From Candidatus Latescibacterota bacterium (GTDB lineage: Bacteria > Latescibacterota > UBA2968 > UBA8231): DNA of 64,000 nt. The stretch spans positions 3,392,001-3,456,000 of the forward strand of contig OZ242214.1 of the NCBI GenBank assembly GCA_965206595.1, read 5' to 3'. Positions 10,640-21,900 of this stretch are shown one piece after another. The first letter of the stretch is position 1; the number at the start of each line of letters is the position of its first letter. The position numbers and the translations under genes are program-made. The notes under the pieces were generated by a model that was not told the origin of the DNA, ran no database searches, and worked only from the letters and a program-made list of their open reading frames with translations.

Positions 10640-11845
10640 ATGATCCTTCCGCCTGCCCTTCTTCTGGCCGCGGCTCTCGCCGCCGCGGTTGCCGGGTGCA
10701 GCCACACCGCCCCGTACTACCGGGCCGATGTCGCCGCCGGGAGCGCCGGCCCGGCTCTGCCCGCAGAAGACCTCGCTTTCCGCGTAATCCTGATCGGCGA
10801 CGCCGGCGCCCCGGGTCCCGGGGAACCGGTGCTGGCGACCCTGAAGGCGTGGGCGCGCAGGGACTCCGACCGGACCCTGGTCGCCTTCCTGGGGGACAAC
10901 GTCTACGAGGACGGCTTCTCGGGGGCGGACCGGAGGGACGAGGAGCGCCGCCTCGACCGCCAGCTCGACGCCCTCGAAGGGTCACCCGGGCTGCGCGGGC
11001 TGTTCATCCCCGGCAACCACGACTGGGCCGGGGGCTCGGAAGCGGGGCTGGCAGCGGTGAAGGCGCAGCAGGCGTACGTCGAAGGCCGCCTGTCGCCGGG
11101 GAGCTTTCGGCCCCGGGACGGCCGCCCGGGGCCGGTGAAGATCGACCTGCCCGACTCCGCCGGCGCCGTGCTGCGGCTCGTCGCCATCGACACCCAGTGG
11201 TGGCTGCACGAGGAACCGCAGCCGGCCTCCGACCGGGACGGGTTCGTCGCCGGGCTCGTGCGCTGCCTGACGACGGACCTGCCGGTGGTGGTGCTCGCCC
11301 ATCACCCGCTGGAGTCCGCCGGCAACCACGGCGGCTTCTTCGACTGGCGCGACTACCTGTTCCCGGCGACCCGGGCCACCGATGCCCCGTGGGCCTGGCT
11401 GATCCCGGCGCCCCTGGTCTATCCGCTGGCGCGGAGGTTCACGCCGCTGGGGACGGAGCAGGACATCTTCGCGCCGGCCTACCGGGAGATGAAGGAGGAT
11501 CTCAAACGCGCCTCGCGGACGCGAGACGCCGACGGCAGTCTCCTCAAACCGCTCGCTTACGCCGCGGGGCACGACCACAACCTGCAGGTGATGGAGGGAG
11601 GGGAGTTCGCCGACTACCTCGTCGTCAGCGGCGCCGGATCGGCGGTGAAGGCGCGCCCCGTCGGCGACCGGCCGCAGACCCTGTTCGCCCACGAGCACCC
11701 CGGATTCATCCTCGTCGACGTGCTGGCCGACGGGTCGGTCTGGCTGCGGGTCGTCGAGCCCGTCTTCGACGAGGCGGGGCGGCAGCTCGATCCGGGAAGC
11801 GAGCCGGTGCTTTTCACCCTGCGGCTGCGGGCGGGGGAGCAGTAG
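10640..11845 (+). CDS. calcineurin-like metallophosphoesterase lipoprotein
   Basis: Lipobox VAGC; GDAG, GDNVY, GNHDW, HHP and GHDH motifs. Confidence 0.85.
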   Translation: MILPPALLLAAALAAAVAGCSHTAPYYRADVAAGSAGPALPAEDLAFRVILIGDAGAPGPGEPVLATLKAWARRDSDRTLVAFLGDNVYEDGFSGADRRDEERRLDRQLDALEGSPGLRGLFIPGNHDWAGGSEAGLAAVKAQQAYVEGRLSPGSFRPRDGRPGPVKIDLPDSAGAVLRLVAIDTQWWLHEEPQPASDRDGFVAGLVRCLTTDLPVVVLAHHPLESAGNHGGFFDWRDYLFPATRATDAPWAWLIPAPLVYPLARRFTPLGTEQDIFAPAYREMKEDLKRASRTRDADGSLLKPLAYAAGHDHNLQVMEGGEFADYLVVSGAGSAVKARPVGDRPQTLFAHEHPGFILVDVLADGSVWLRVVEPVFDEAGRQLDPGSEPVLFTLRLRAGEQ

Positions 11846-11852
11846 CCCTTTC

Positions 11853-12860
11853 TCAGACAGGTTCTTCCGCGGTCTTCATCCAGGCCTTGATGCGCTCGTG
11901 CCCGAGCACTCCGGTGTTGAGCAGGTGCCGCGGCCGTCTGCCGACGATGGCGTCGGTAATCTGGGAGAAGGTCATGGCGTCGAGACGCATCACCGACTGG
12001 ACGGTGATGCCGCCGTTGTGGTTGGTGCAGATGATGCGCGGGTGATCCTTGTGGCGCTCGCGCGGGCCGTTGACCGGGTCGTCCACCACGTAGTAGAACA
12101 GCTTCTCCTCGCTGACCGCCCGGTTCACGGCCTCGTCGTCGACGAGGTTTCCCCGCGACGGGTTGATGAGGGAGGCGTGGGGCTGCATGGCGCAGAGCAG
12201 GTCCCAGGTGACGATGCAGTCGTCGCCGGCGACGTGAAGGGACACGGTGTCGCACTCCTCGAACAGCCGGCGCGGTTCCTCCACGGCCTCGGCGCCGAAC
12301 TGCGCAGCGAGGTCTGCGATGTCGGGACGGATGTCGTACACCAGCAGTTTCCCGGTGTCGCCGAGCAGGGGCCTGGCGCGCAGCGCGACCTGCTGCCCGA
12401 TGCGGCCGAACCCGTACAGCCCGAGGGTCGATCCCTGCGCCTCGAAGGTCCGGATGATCGAGAAGTCGCCGCGGTGGGAAAGGCGGTTCAGGGTGTAGGT
12501 GCGCTTGAGAGTCGCCATCCACTGGGCAATCGCGTACTCCGCCACGGTATCCATGTGCACGGGAGTGACGGTGACGGCTACTCCGAGCTCGGTGGCGACG
12601 TCGATCTGCACCTTGTCGAAGCCGACCCCCCAGCGCGCGATCAGGCGCAGGTCCTCCCCCTGCTCGTAGAACTCCCGGTGCACGAGAGCGGAGTCGGCGA
12701 TCACGCCGATCACCCCGTTGACCTTGTCCGCGGTGAGGTCGCCGGTGTAGTCCTCGAGCTCGGCGATTTCGGCGAGCTTCTCCAGTCCCCGGCGGCGGGT
12801 ATCGGAAGCGAACGCGTCGTTCCTGAAGATCTTGCTCAACAGCACTTTCTTCCTTGCCAT
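11853..12860 (-). CDS. D-isomer-specific 2-hydroxyacid dehydrogenase
   Basis: RWGVGFDKV, VAEY, GFGRIG, SLHV, INPSRG, NHNGG. Start placed at MARKK after a GGAG RBS. Confidence 0.85.
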   Translation of the reverse strand: MARKKVLLSKIFRNDAFASDTRRRGLEKLAEIAELEDYTGDLTADKVNGVIGVIADSALVHREFYEQGEDLRLIARWGVGFDKVQIDVATELGVAVTVTPVHMDTVAEYAIAQWMATLKRTYTLNRLSHRGDFSIIRTFEAQGSTLGLYGFGRIGQQVALRARPLLGDTGKLLVYDIRPDIADLAAQFGAEAVEEPRRLFEECDTVSLHVAGDDCIVTWDLLCAMQPHASLINPSRGNLVDDEAVNRAVSEEKLFYYVVDDPVNGPRERHKDHPRIICTNHNGGITVQSVMRLDAMTFSQITDAIVGRRPRHLLNTGVLGHERIKAWMKTAEEPV

Positions 12861-13077
12861 GAGTCTCCCTTTGGTATTGCGCCTTTGGTTGCAGGTTGCA
12901 TACGCTAAACGGCCGGTGAAATTCGCCCTGCGGGCGAGGCCGGGCAACAGCATCCGGTCACCCGAACCGCCCTTTCGGAGAGGCAGCCAGGGGCCGGACG
13001 CCGGCAGGATGGAAGGCCCGTCGCTCTGAGAGGGGCGCAGGCAATCCCGCCACTCAACCCGAACCGAGGATGACGAC

Positions 13078-14172
13078 ATGACTGCCGAAACCCGCGGCAC
13101 CGCTTTCGTATACGTCGGCACCTACACCAACGGCGACGACGGCATCTACCGCTATCGCATGGACCTGAAGACCGGGGCCCTCGAGCCCGCCGGCACCACG
13201 CCGGCCTACAACCCCTTCTTCCTCCTGGCGGACCGGACCGGGAAGCTCCTCTACGCGACAGTCTCGCGGGATGGCGGGGAAGACGGAGCCTACATCGAGG
13301 GAGAGGTCGCCGCCTACGCCATCGAGCCGTCCGGCGAGCTGACCCTGCTCAACACGGAGCGCGCCCACGGCGCCTTCCCCTGCTACCTCGAACTCGACCG
13401 CGCGCAGCGCCACCTGCTCGTCGGCAACTACAACTCCGGCAGCGTCGCCGTGCTGCCGGTGGCCGAGGACGGGCGTCTGGGCGCGGCCACCGACGTCGTT
13501 CAGCACAGCGGCTCCAGCGTCAACGAGGAGCGCCAGGAGGGACCGCACGTCCATTGCGTCGTCCTCGACCCGGCCGAGCGCTTCGCGTACGCCGCCGACC
13601 TCGGCATCGACAGGCACATGATCTACGCCTTCGACGCCGGCGCGGGGAAGCTGACGCCGGCGTCCCAGCCCTGGGCGGAGACCGTTCCCGGAGCGGGCCC
13701 GCGGCACTTCGCCTTCGACCCGGACGGAGCGCGCGCCTACCTGCTCAACGAGCTCGACGGCACCGTGACCCTCTTCGACTTCGACGCCGACAGCGGCGGC
13801 CTGAGCGAACGCCAGACGATCTCCGCGCTGCCGGCGGATTTCTCGGACGAGAACTACGCCGCGGACCTGAGCATTCCGCCGCCGGGCGACTTCTTCTACT
13901 GCACCAACCGCGGCCACGACAGCATCGCCGTTTTCGCCATCGACCGGGAGAGCGGGCTGCTGACCTTCATCGCCCACGAGCCGGCGCAGGGGAGCTGGCC
14001 GTGGAACCTCGAGATCGACCCGGCGGGCCGATTCATGCTGGCGGCGAACTACGAGAGCGACAGCGTCGCGGTGTGGCGGATCGAGGCCGGGACCGGGAGG
14101 CTGACCCCGGCCGGGCACGGGGCGGAGGCGCCGAAGCCTACGGGCGTGGTCATGGCCCCGAGGAGGGGGTAG
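13078..14172 (+). CDS. pgl: 6-phosphogluconolactonase-family lactonase (7-bladed propeller)
   Basis: YVGTYT, GNYNSGSV, RQEGPHVH, DLGID, GAGPRH, NRGHDSIAVF. Confidence 0.85.
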   Translation: MTAETRGTAFVYVGTYTNGDDGIYRYRMDLKTGALEPAGTTPAYNPFFLLADRTGKLLYATVSRDGGEDGAYIEGEVAAYAIEPSGELTLLNTERAHGAFPCYLELDRAQRHLLVGNYNSGSVAVLPVAEDGRLGAATDVVQHSGSSVNEERQEGPHVHCVVLDPAERFAYAADLGIDRHMIYAFDAGAGKLTPASQPWAETVPGAGPRHFAFDPDGARAYLLNELDGTVTLFDFDADSGGLSERQTISALPADFSDENYAADLSIPPPGDFFYCTNRGHDSIAVFAIDRESGLLTFIAHEPAQGSWPWNLEIDPAGRFMLAANYESDSVAVWRIEAGTGRLTPAGHGAEAPKPTGVVMAPRRG

Positions 14173-15383
14173 GTGGAGAGGGCGGCAGTCGCGAAGGGCT
14201 TGGTTTTGCGGGGGCTATTGCGGCAATGATTGAGTTCGTCTGAATTGAGGATTGAGGGTAGAAGACTGAATCGTGAGCACAGGACGTGGAAAATACTCGG
14301 CAGCCTCGTCTTCACTGGGCTACTTCTATCAGTGCCGGTACGCGCTGCTTGAGGCGTTGCGTCGTTTGTCCGAGGGCAACCCTATCAGCATCAGCATCGA
14401 GACGCTCGATGATGTCGTGTTCGAGACGGACGATTCTGCCGTCGAGGTTCTCCAGACCAAGCATCACATTAATGCTCATGCCAATCTTACCGACGCATCG
14501 CCTGATTTGTGGAAAACACTACGGATCTGGATAGAGGGACAATCTGACGGGAACATTCCCCAGGACGCCCGGTTCTTCCTCATCACTACGGCGGTGTGCA
14601 ACAACGGCACTGCGGCCGCCTATCTCCGCCCGGGGGTTCGGGACGAGAAGAAAGCGTTGGAACGTCTGGCCGCCGCGGCTTCCACGTCCACCAGTGAAAC
14701 CAATTCCCCGGCCTATCGGGCCTTTCGTTCACTGAAGGCGGAGGACCGCGAACTCCTTGTGACATCCATAACGGTCCTCGACGATTCGCCATCAATCGGC
14801 CAGTTGGACGACCAATTGCAACAGGCTGTGTTCTACGCTGTCGAGCGGCAGTTCCTGAGCTCTTACCTTCAGCGTCTCGAAGGTTGGTGGTTCGGACGAG
14901 TCGTGAAGCATCTCCTAGACGACAACGCACTCCCGATAATCGGTGAGGAACTTGAGGCGGAAGCAAGCCGCATTCGGGAGCAGTTCAAAGAAGACAATCT
15001 TCCCATTGACGACGACATCATGTGGGCGACCGTTGACGCGAGCGGGTATATGGGAAGGACCTTTGTGGAGCAGCTCAATCTGATTGACGTAAATCAAGAC
15101 AGAGTGGTCCACGCTATCAGGAACTACTACCGAGCCTTTGAGCAGCGTTCCCGCTGGGTGCGCGAGGATCTCTTATATGTGGGGGACCTTGAACGCTACG
15201 AGGAGCAGCTAATCGAGGAGTGGGACCTCATATTCCAGCAGATGCGCGACGCGCTTGGCGAGGACGCTGCCGAAGAGGCAAAAATCCGTGCTGCACAGGA
15301 TCTCTATAAGTGGGTGGAGACGGGGGGTACACACCGTGTGATCAAGCCCGCTGTCACGGAGCCTGCCATTGCCCGCGGAACGT

Positions 15384-16237
15384 GAACCTATCTCAAAATA
15401 GGCAAACTTAAACTTGTTTTCGAAATGACAGTGATGTACCATTGGTGTATGGTCAACCTGACCGACATGCAATGGCAACGAATCCGCCATCACTTTCCTG
15501 AAGAACTTCGTCCCAAGAGCCATCCGGGTCGCAAACCGGTTTGCACCCGTGATGTTTTTGAAGCCGTCCTTTGGATTCTAAACACCGGGGCTCAATGGCA
15601 TATGTTGCCGCCGTGCTATCCGAACTACAAAACCGTGCATCGCCGTTTTCAAAACGGGTGTCGTCAAGGGGTGGTACGCGAAGTTCTCATGGACTTGGCC
15701 CAGACACTTCACGAGCAAGGGGGCCTGGACGAATCGGAGGCTTTCATCGACGGCATGTTCTCGGCGGCCAAGGGTGGAGGTGCCGATATCGGCCACACCA
15801 GGCGAGGTAAGGGGGTGCGGGTCATGGGGATCGTGGACGGCAATGGGCCTCCCTTGTCGGTGAGCACGCATGCAGCGAACCATCATGAAGTGACGCTGGT
15901 TCAGTTGACCTTTGACTTTTACCTCATCGAAGACCAACCTGACAACTTGATCGGCGACAAGGCGTACGACAGCGATTCGTTGGATGAAGAGCTTAAGAAA
16001 GACGGGATCGAGATGATCGCCCCGCATCGCCAGAATCGGACCAAGAAAAAGACTCAGGACGGACGGCGATTGCGGCGTTATGTGCGGCGTTGGATGGTTG
16101 AGAGATTCTTTGCTTGGCTTCAATGGCAGCGTCGAGTGATCACTCGCTGGGAATTGTATCCGGAGAATTTTCTTGGCTTCGTCCAACTTGCATCCATTTT
16201 GATTTTGCTTAAACAATTTCAATTTTGAGATAGGTTC
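15384..16237 (+). mobile_element. IS5-family element, 854 bp
   Basis: Perfect 16-bp terminal IRs GAACCTATCTCAAAAT / ATTTTGAGATAGGTTC; 2-bp GT duplication. Confidence 0.92.
15449..16228 (+). CDS. IS5-family transposase
   Basis: LTDMQW, TGAQWHMLP..YP.YKTVHRRF, IDG, GDKAYDS, RWMVERFFAWL. Confidence 0.92.
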   Translation: MVNLTDMQWQRIRHHFPEELRPKSHPGRKPVCTRDVFEAVLWILNTGAQWHMLPPCYPNYKTVHRRFQNGCRQGVVREVLMDLAQTLHEQGGLDESEAFIDGMFSAAKGGGADIGHTRRGKGVRVMGIVDGNGPPLSVSTHAANHHEVTLVQLTFDFYLIEDQPDNLIGDKAYDSDSLDEELKKDGIEMIAPHRQNRTKKKTQDGRRLRRYVRRWMVERFFAWLQWQRRVITRWELYPENFLGFVQLASILILLKQFQF

Positions 16238-16330
16238 GTACCAGATGCTGGCGGACGATCTCCGCGTCGGATGGCATCTGGAATTCTGCAAACGTCTCCT
16301 GGCTCTTCTGGCAGGAACGGAGGCCAGCCG

Positions 16331-16837
16331 ATGAAACCGTGGGCAGAACGAACTCGTGAAGAAGCGTACCTGCTGAACCCCGCCTTCTGCTGCGCGACCA
16401 TCACCTCGGCGTGTGCTGGCTACGGTGAATCAAGTGATCAATCGTTGCCGTTCGCTTTGGCTTTTTTGGCTTTCATGGTCCTTCCAATCACTTTGCACAA
16501 ATACACGAGGGGGTCTCTACCCCGCACTATACGCACCTCAATACCCGCCTGGTTGCAGGAGCATCCCGAAGCTAGGCTTGGATTCCATGAACGACTTATG
16601 GCACTACAACCCCACACCCGAGAGTCTATACGCTATGGACTGGCCTTCGACTGGATTGCTATGGGTAACTCAGGGGGCATCCGATGCGTTGCTACGAACG
16701 CGTTAATTAACCGGACGATCCAGTCGCTGGACGGAGATGCCCGAGACTGTGTGTCCCGCGCTCGATTCTTGGGCAGATGGCTCGGCAACACGGCTTCTGC
16801 AGAAACAACTATGGCACTTTGGGGGATTCGCCCTTGA
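16331..16837 (+). CDS. lmuC: Lamassu/ABC-3C middle component
   Basis: [25 protein letters not shown], 'GRWLG...LWGIRP' end; sits between the effector and the ATPase. Confidence 0.8.
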   Translation: MKPWAERTREEAYLLNPAFCCATITSACAGYGESSDQSLPFALAFLAFMVLPITLHKYTRGSLPRTIRTSIPAWLQEHPEARLGFHERLMALQPHTRESIRYGLAFDWIAMGNSGGIRCVATNALINRTIQSLDGDARDCVSRARFLGRWLGNTASAETTMALWGIRP

Positions 16838-18810
16838 GCTTTCAGATCAGAGACATAGTCCTCTATGGACACAACGGTGAGATGCGACGACTGGAGTTTG
16901 CTCCCGGCAGGCTCAACATCATCACCGGGGCGTCCAAGACGGGCAAGACGGCGCTAATTGCGATTATCGAATACTGCTTCGGTTCCACCGAGTGCCAAAT
17001 CCCAGATGGCATCATGCGTCGCGCTGTCGCCTGGGCAGGTGTGAGGCTGGCGGTTCCGGAGGGAGATGTCTTTATCGCTAGACGCCTTCCCGCTCCAGGG
17101 CGTAATTCGTCGTTCGAGGTTCACTACACCGTGGGAAGCCAAATCGCTTTGCCGGGCACGGATCAGCTCATGCAGACGACCAACCCGGAAAGTCTCCAAG
17201 GATTGCTTGCAGCCCACGCGGGAATTAGACAGAACCGCCATGACCCCCCTCATGGACAGACACGCCCTCCCTTGCAGGCCGGAATTGCCCATGCGCTGAT
17301 CTACTGCTTCCAGCATCAGACGGAGATTGACAGCAATCGACACCTGTTTCACAGGCAAAGTGAACAATGGCTGCCGCAGGCTATTAAGGACACGATGCCC
17401 TATTTCCTCGGGGCCGTAACTGACGAGTATGTGGCGCGCATGGACGAGCTGCGCCGTCTCCGCCGCGAACTTCAAAGAAGCCGGCGCAAACTGGAAGAAT
17501 ATGAGGCGGTAAGAGGGCAGGGCGTCACCGTGGCACAGGGGCTTCTTGCGGAGGCAACTGACCTCGGTTTGGTCACCGGCCTGTCCTCCCCTGAAACGTG
17601 GGAGGCCTGTCTCGAAGCACTCCGGAGGCTTGCAAATTACGGTGCGAGGTCTATCCTGGAGGAAGAAGAGGTTGCGGCCGAAGGGGATGAGTTCCGTCGG
17701 CTACAGGAGGAACGAGACGAGATCACACACGAGCTTCGCATCGTCCGAGATCAGCTTGACGCTTCAAAAGCACTGACTGCCGACCGCCACGGATTCTCAC
17801 AGGAAGCACAGGCCCAGAGCCTCCGTCTGAAAAGCATTGCGCTGTTTACCTCCCATGACGACCATGAACACAGTAGGACCAGTTGCCCGTTGTGTCAGTC
17901 CTCGCTTCCAAGCAGTGAAGTAACTCCCTCTGTCCAGGAAATCCAAGACTCGCTGGAAAGGCTCGACGACCAGATTCGTCAGGTCGAGGATCGGACTCCG
18001 CAAATGGAGGCAGTCGTGGGTTCGCTTGAAGCCAAGCAGGCCGATATCAAGTCTCGTCTGCGGGACAACCGGGAGAAACTCGAAGCAATCCAACGGGGAA
18101 ACGCCAGGCTGCAGGAGTACAGAGACCGCAACGCCAGAAGGGCCCACATCTCCGGCAGAATCAGCCTGTACCTCGAGAGTGTCCCTCACCTTGATGACGG
18201 CAGTGACTTGCAGCGACAGATTGCCGATCTGCAGGCACAGGTAACCAGACTGGAAGAGGAATTGAGCGACGATGCGGTTCAGGAACGCGTTCAATCGGCG
18301 CTGTCGATCATCTCCCGTAACATGAGCGGTTGGGCTTCGCAACTCGAACTCGAACACGCGGAATTCCCGCTACGCTTGGATCTCCGGCGGCTAACCGTGG
18401 TTGCCGACGGCACCGATGGCCCGATCCCGATGGAGCGCATGGGAAGCGGCGAGAACTGGGTTGGGTATCATCTCATCGCACACTTCGGACTGCACCGCTG
18501 GTTTGTCGAACGGCACCGTCCTGTCCCGGGTTTCATCTTCATTGACCAGCCATCCCAGGTCTACTTCCCGGAAGACGAGGACTGGCAGCGGCAGGGAAAT
18601 GGGACGGTGGAAATAGGCGAGGACAGGGAGAAAGTGAGGCGCATGTACCGATTAGCCCACGATTTTGTGCAGGGCCTCAACGGGCAGTTTCAGGTGATTG
18701 TTACGGACCACGCGAATATCAACGAACCGTGGTTTCAAGACTGTGTGGTTGAGCGCTGGCGAGAAGGAAGGAAATTGATACCACCTGAATGGGACGCTAT
18801 CCCTGAATGA
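16834..18810 (+). CDS. lmuB: Lamassu SMC/Rad50-like ABC ATPase (DUF3732-type)
   Basis: Walker A GASKTGKT, coiled coils with zinc-hook CPLC, signature GSGENW, Walker [22 protein letters not shown] start overlaps the lmuC stop. Confidence 0.88.
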   Translation: MSFQIRDIVLYGHNGEMRRLEFAPGRLNIITGASKTGKTALIAIIEYCFGSTECQIPDGIMRRAVAWAGVRLAVPEGDVFIARRLPAPGRNSSFEVHYTVGSQIALPGTDQLMQTTNPESLQGLLAAHAGIRQNRHDPPHGQTRPPLQAGIAHALIYCFQHQTEIDSNRHLFHRQSEQWLPQAIKDTMPYFLGAVTDEYVARMDELRRLRRELQRSRRKLEEYEAVRGQGVTVAQGLLAEATDLGLVTGLSSPETWEACLEALRRLANYGARSILEEEEVAAEGDEFRRLQEERDEITHELRIVRDQLDASKALTADRHGFSQEAQAQSLRLKSIALFTSHDDHEHSRTSCPLCQSSLPSSEVTPSVQEIQDSLERLDDQIRQVEDRTPQMEAVVGSLEAKQADIKSRLRDNREKLEAIQRGNARLQEYRDRNARRAHISGRISLYLESVPHLDDGSDLQRQIADLQAQVTRLEEELSDDAVQERVQSALSIISRNMSGWASQLELEHAEFPLRLDLRRLTVVADGTDGPIPMERMGSGENWVGYHLIAHFGLHRWFVERHRPVPGFIFIDQPSQVYFPEDEDWQRQGNGTVEIGEDREKVRRMYRLAHDFVQGLNGQFQVIVTDHANINEPWFQDCVVERWREGRKLIPPEWDAIPE

Positions 18811-18905
18811 AGATCAGCCCGACGGACAAAGTGCCTTCGCTCCTCATGCTGTACAAGGGCTCGGGACCATAACACAAAAACAGGAACTGCCGAAGGGCCC
18901 ATGAA

Positions 18906-21900
18906 ATGAATCAGAGCACCTCGGTCTATAATGCATTGCAGAACTTTGCCGCCGCGGTGACAGCCAAAATGACCCAGGTCACCCTTGGCGAGCCCGAGGA
19001 CCAAGTGCGCGGTCCGTTCGAAATCTTCATGGCCGCTACCGCCCGCGCTTTCGGCTGGGAAGTCGTCTGCACCGGTGAAACTTCCCTTCCGGACCGACTC
19101 GGCCGCCCGGATTACGCCGTTCATCGCAACCAGTTGCTCGCCGGATATGTCGAGCTCAAGGCCCCTGGCACCGGGGCGACAGCCACCCGTTTCAGAGGCC
19201 GCAACCGCGATCAGTTCAAGCGCTTCTCTGCTACGCCCAACATCCTCTACACGGATGGCAACGAGTGGGCGCTCTACCGCAACGGCGATCTGATCGACAA
19301 GGTCGTTCGACTGGGAGGCGATGTCGCCGCTGACGGCAGGAAGGCCGCCGCGTTCCAGGACGCCCGGGCCGTCGAGCGTCTCTTGCGCGATTTCCTCTCT
19401 TGGGAACCGATCATTCCCAGGGACCGCAACGGCAAGATCGACCTCAGGGGATTCGCCGCGCTGCTGGCGCCTCTGTGCCGCATGTTGCGCGACGACGTGA
19501 CGGACGCGCTCAAAGACCCGGCGTCTCCGCTCGTGCAGCTTGCGGAAGACTGGCGGCAATTGCTCTTCCCGGATGCCTCGGACGAGCAATTCGCCGACGC
19601 GTACGCCCAGACTGTGACCTTTGCCTTGCTGCTAGGCCGAAGCGAAGGAGCCGATCCGCTTACCCTAGATAGCGCCGAGACGGCCCTCGCCGTCCAGCAC
19701 AACCTGCTGTCGCGGGCACTACAAGTGCTGACGGACCCCGGCGCGCGTGCCGATATCGCCGCTTCCCTCGACCTGCTGCTGCGCGTGATCGATGTCGTGA
19801 CGCCGGCCACGCTCACCGGTCCCGAGGATCCCTGGCTCTATTTCTACGAAGACTTCCTCGCGGTCTACGATCCCAGGCTGCGCAAGGACGCCGGGGCCTA
19901 CTACACCCCGGTCGAGGTCGTCCGCGCCCAGGTGCGCCTGATCGACGATCTGCTCGTCCGCCGTCTCGGCAAACCGCTCGGTTTCGCCGATCCCGGCGTC
20001 GTCACGCTCGATCCCGCCGTGGGAACCGGAACCTATCTGCTCGGCGTCATCGAACACGCCCTCGGCCGCGTCAAAGAAGAGCAAGGCGCCGGAGCGGTCG
20101 CCGGACAAGCCACCGCGCTGGCTCAAAATCTCTACGGTTTCGAGCTACTGGTCGGCCCTTACGCGGTGAGCGAGCTGCGTGTCAGCCGTGCCCTGCGCGA
20201 TGACGGCGCGGCACTGCCCGCCGACGGTACGCACATCTACCTGACCGACACCCTCGAAAGCCCCGACGCGGAACCTCCGCAGATGCCGTTCATTCTGCGG
20301 CCCATCGCCGAGCAACACAGAAAGGCGCTCGCAATCAAGAGCGCGGTCCCGGTCATCGTCTGCCTGGGCAATCCCCCCTACGACCGGCACGATGCGGTGG
20401 ATACGGAAAACGAGGCCAATCTTTCCCAGTATGGCGGATGGGTTCGATTCGGTGACCCTTTGCCTGACAACGTGGTCAAGGATAGAAGGGGCAGAGACAG
20501 GGAGCTCAGGACCGCCGAGGCCAGGCTGGAAAGAAGACAGCAACTCGCTATTCTGAAGGATTTCCTCGACCCTGCCACCGCCGCCGGCCACGGCGTCCAC
20601 GTCAAGAACCTCTACAACCTCTACGTCTATTTCTGGCGCTGGGCGCTGTGGAAGGTCTTCGAGCACGAGACCGCCAGCGGTCCCGGCATCGTCAGCTTCA
20701 TCAGCGCCTCGAGCTACCTCGACGGCGACGCTTTCTCTGGAATGCGCGAACACATACGTCGGCAGTGCGACGAAATCTGGATCCTCGATCTCGGAGGCGA
20801 GGGACGCGGCACGCGCCAGGATGACAATGTCTTTGCGATCCAGACGCCCGTCGCCATTTCCGTGGCTTTCCGTGCGAAGGAGGCGGAAACAGATAAACCC
20901 GCGAAAGTTCACCATGCCCGCATCGAGGGGACGCGCGCTGAGAAACTCGCCGTGCTTGACGCTGTCGAGGGCTTTGCGAATACGAAAGTGAAATGGCAGG
21001 ATTGCCCGGACGCTTGGCAGGCTCCGTTTCGCCCGGCGGGCAAGGGGCATTACTTCGATTGGCCGTTGCTTACTGATCTGATGCCGTGGCAGCATTCGGG
21101 TGTGCAACTCAAACGGACTTGGCCGATTGCACCGGACGCGGAAGTACTGGAGCATCGTTGGCGCAGTCTGCTAAATGCTGAGGATAGATCAAAGGCATTC
21201 CGCGAAACCGGAGACCGTACTGTCGATGGGACGTATCGCGTCGCCCTAACAGAGCGGAGCGACTCGACGCCGATCACCGAACTGCCCGACAGCACCTCCA
21301 TTCCGGAAGTGCAGCAATACGCTTATCGCTCTTTAGACCGCCATTACATCATCGTGGACGGGCGCTTAATGTCCCGTCCGCGCCCCGACCTGTGGCGCGC
21401 CCACGGCGAACGGCAGGTGTATTTGACGAGCCTGCTCAACCATCCGCTCGGTGATGGGCCTGCGGCAACGGCCTGCTCGCACCTTCCCGATCTCCACCAT
21501 TTCCGTGGATCGTACGGGGCAAAAGAGGTCTTCCCCCTCTATCGCACCGCCGACGCTTCGCAGGCGAACATTATCCCTGGCCTGCTCGAAATCCTTGCCA
21601 CAGAATACGAGCGCAACGTCACCCCCGAAGATTTCCTCGGCTACATTTACGGCGTAATAGCCCAACCACCCTTCACAACACGGTTTAAAACCGAACTGGG
21701 AACTCGTGAACTACGCGTACCAATCACAAAGGATGTCGAACTGTTCGAGCAAATCCTTGAGGCGGGTTCACTCCTTCTGTGGCTCCACACCTACGGGGAG
21801 CGTTTCATCCCCACCGGACAGACGCGCGGTCGTGTTCCGCTCGGTGCAGCTAAGTGCGTCAAGGCCGTTCCCGGTGACGCCGACGACTATCCAGAGGCAT

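Larger units (their letters stand above)
14273..16334 (+). pseudogene. lmuA: Lamassu/ABC-3C effector LmuA (Cap4-like PD-(D/E)XK nuclease plus CTD), 401 aa when rebuilt, interrupted by IS5
   Basis: GYFYQ...ETLDDV...LQTKHH. Removing the IS and one GT restores ...ARGT-YQMLADDLRVGWHLEF...EASR*, with an ATGA overlap onto the next gene. Confidence 0.85.
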
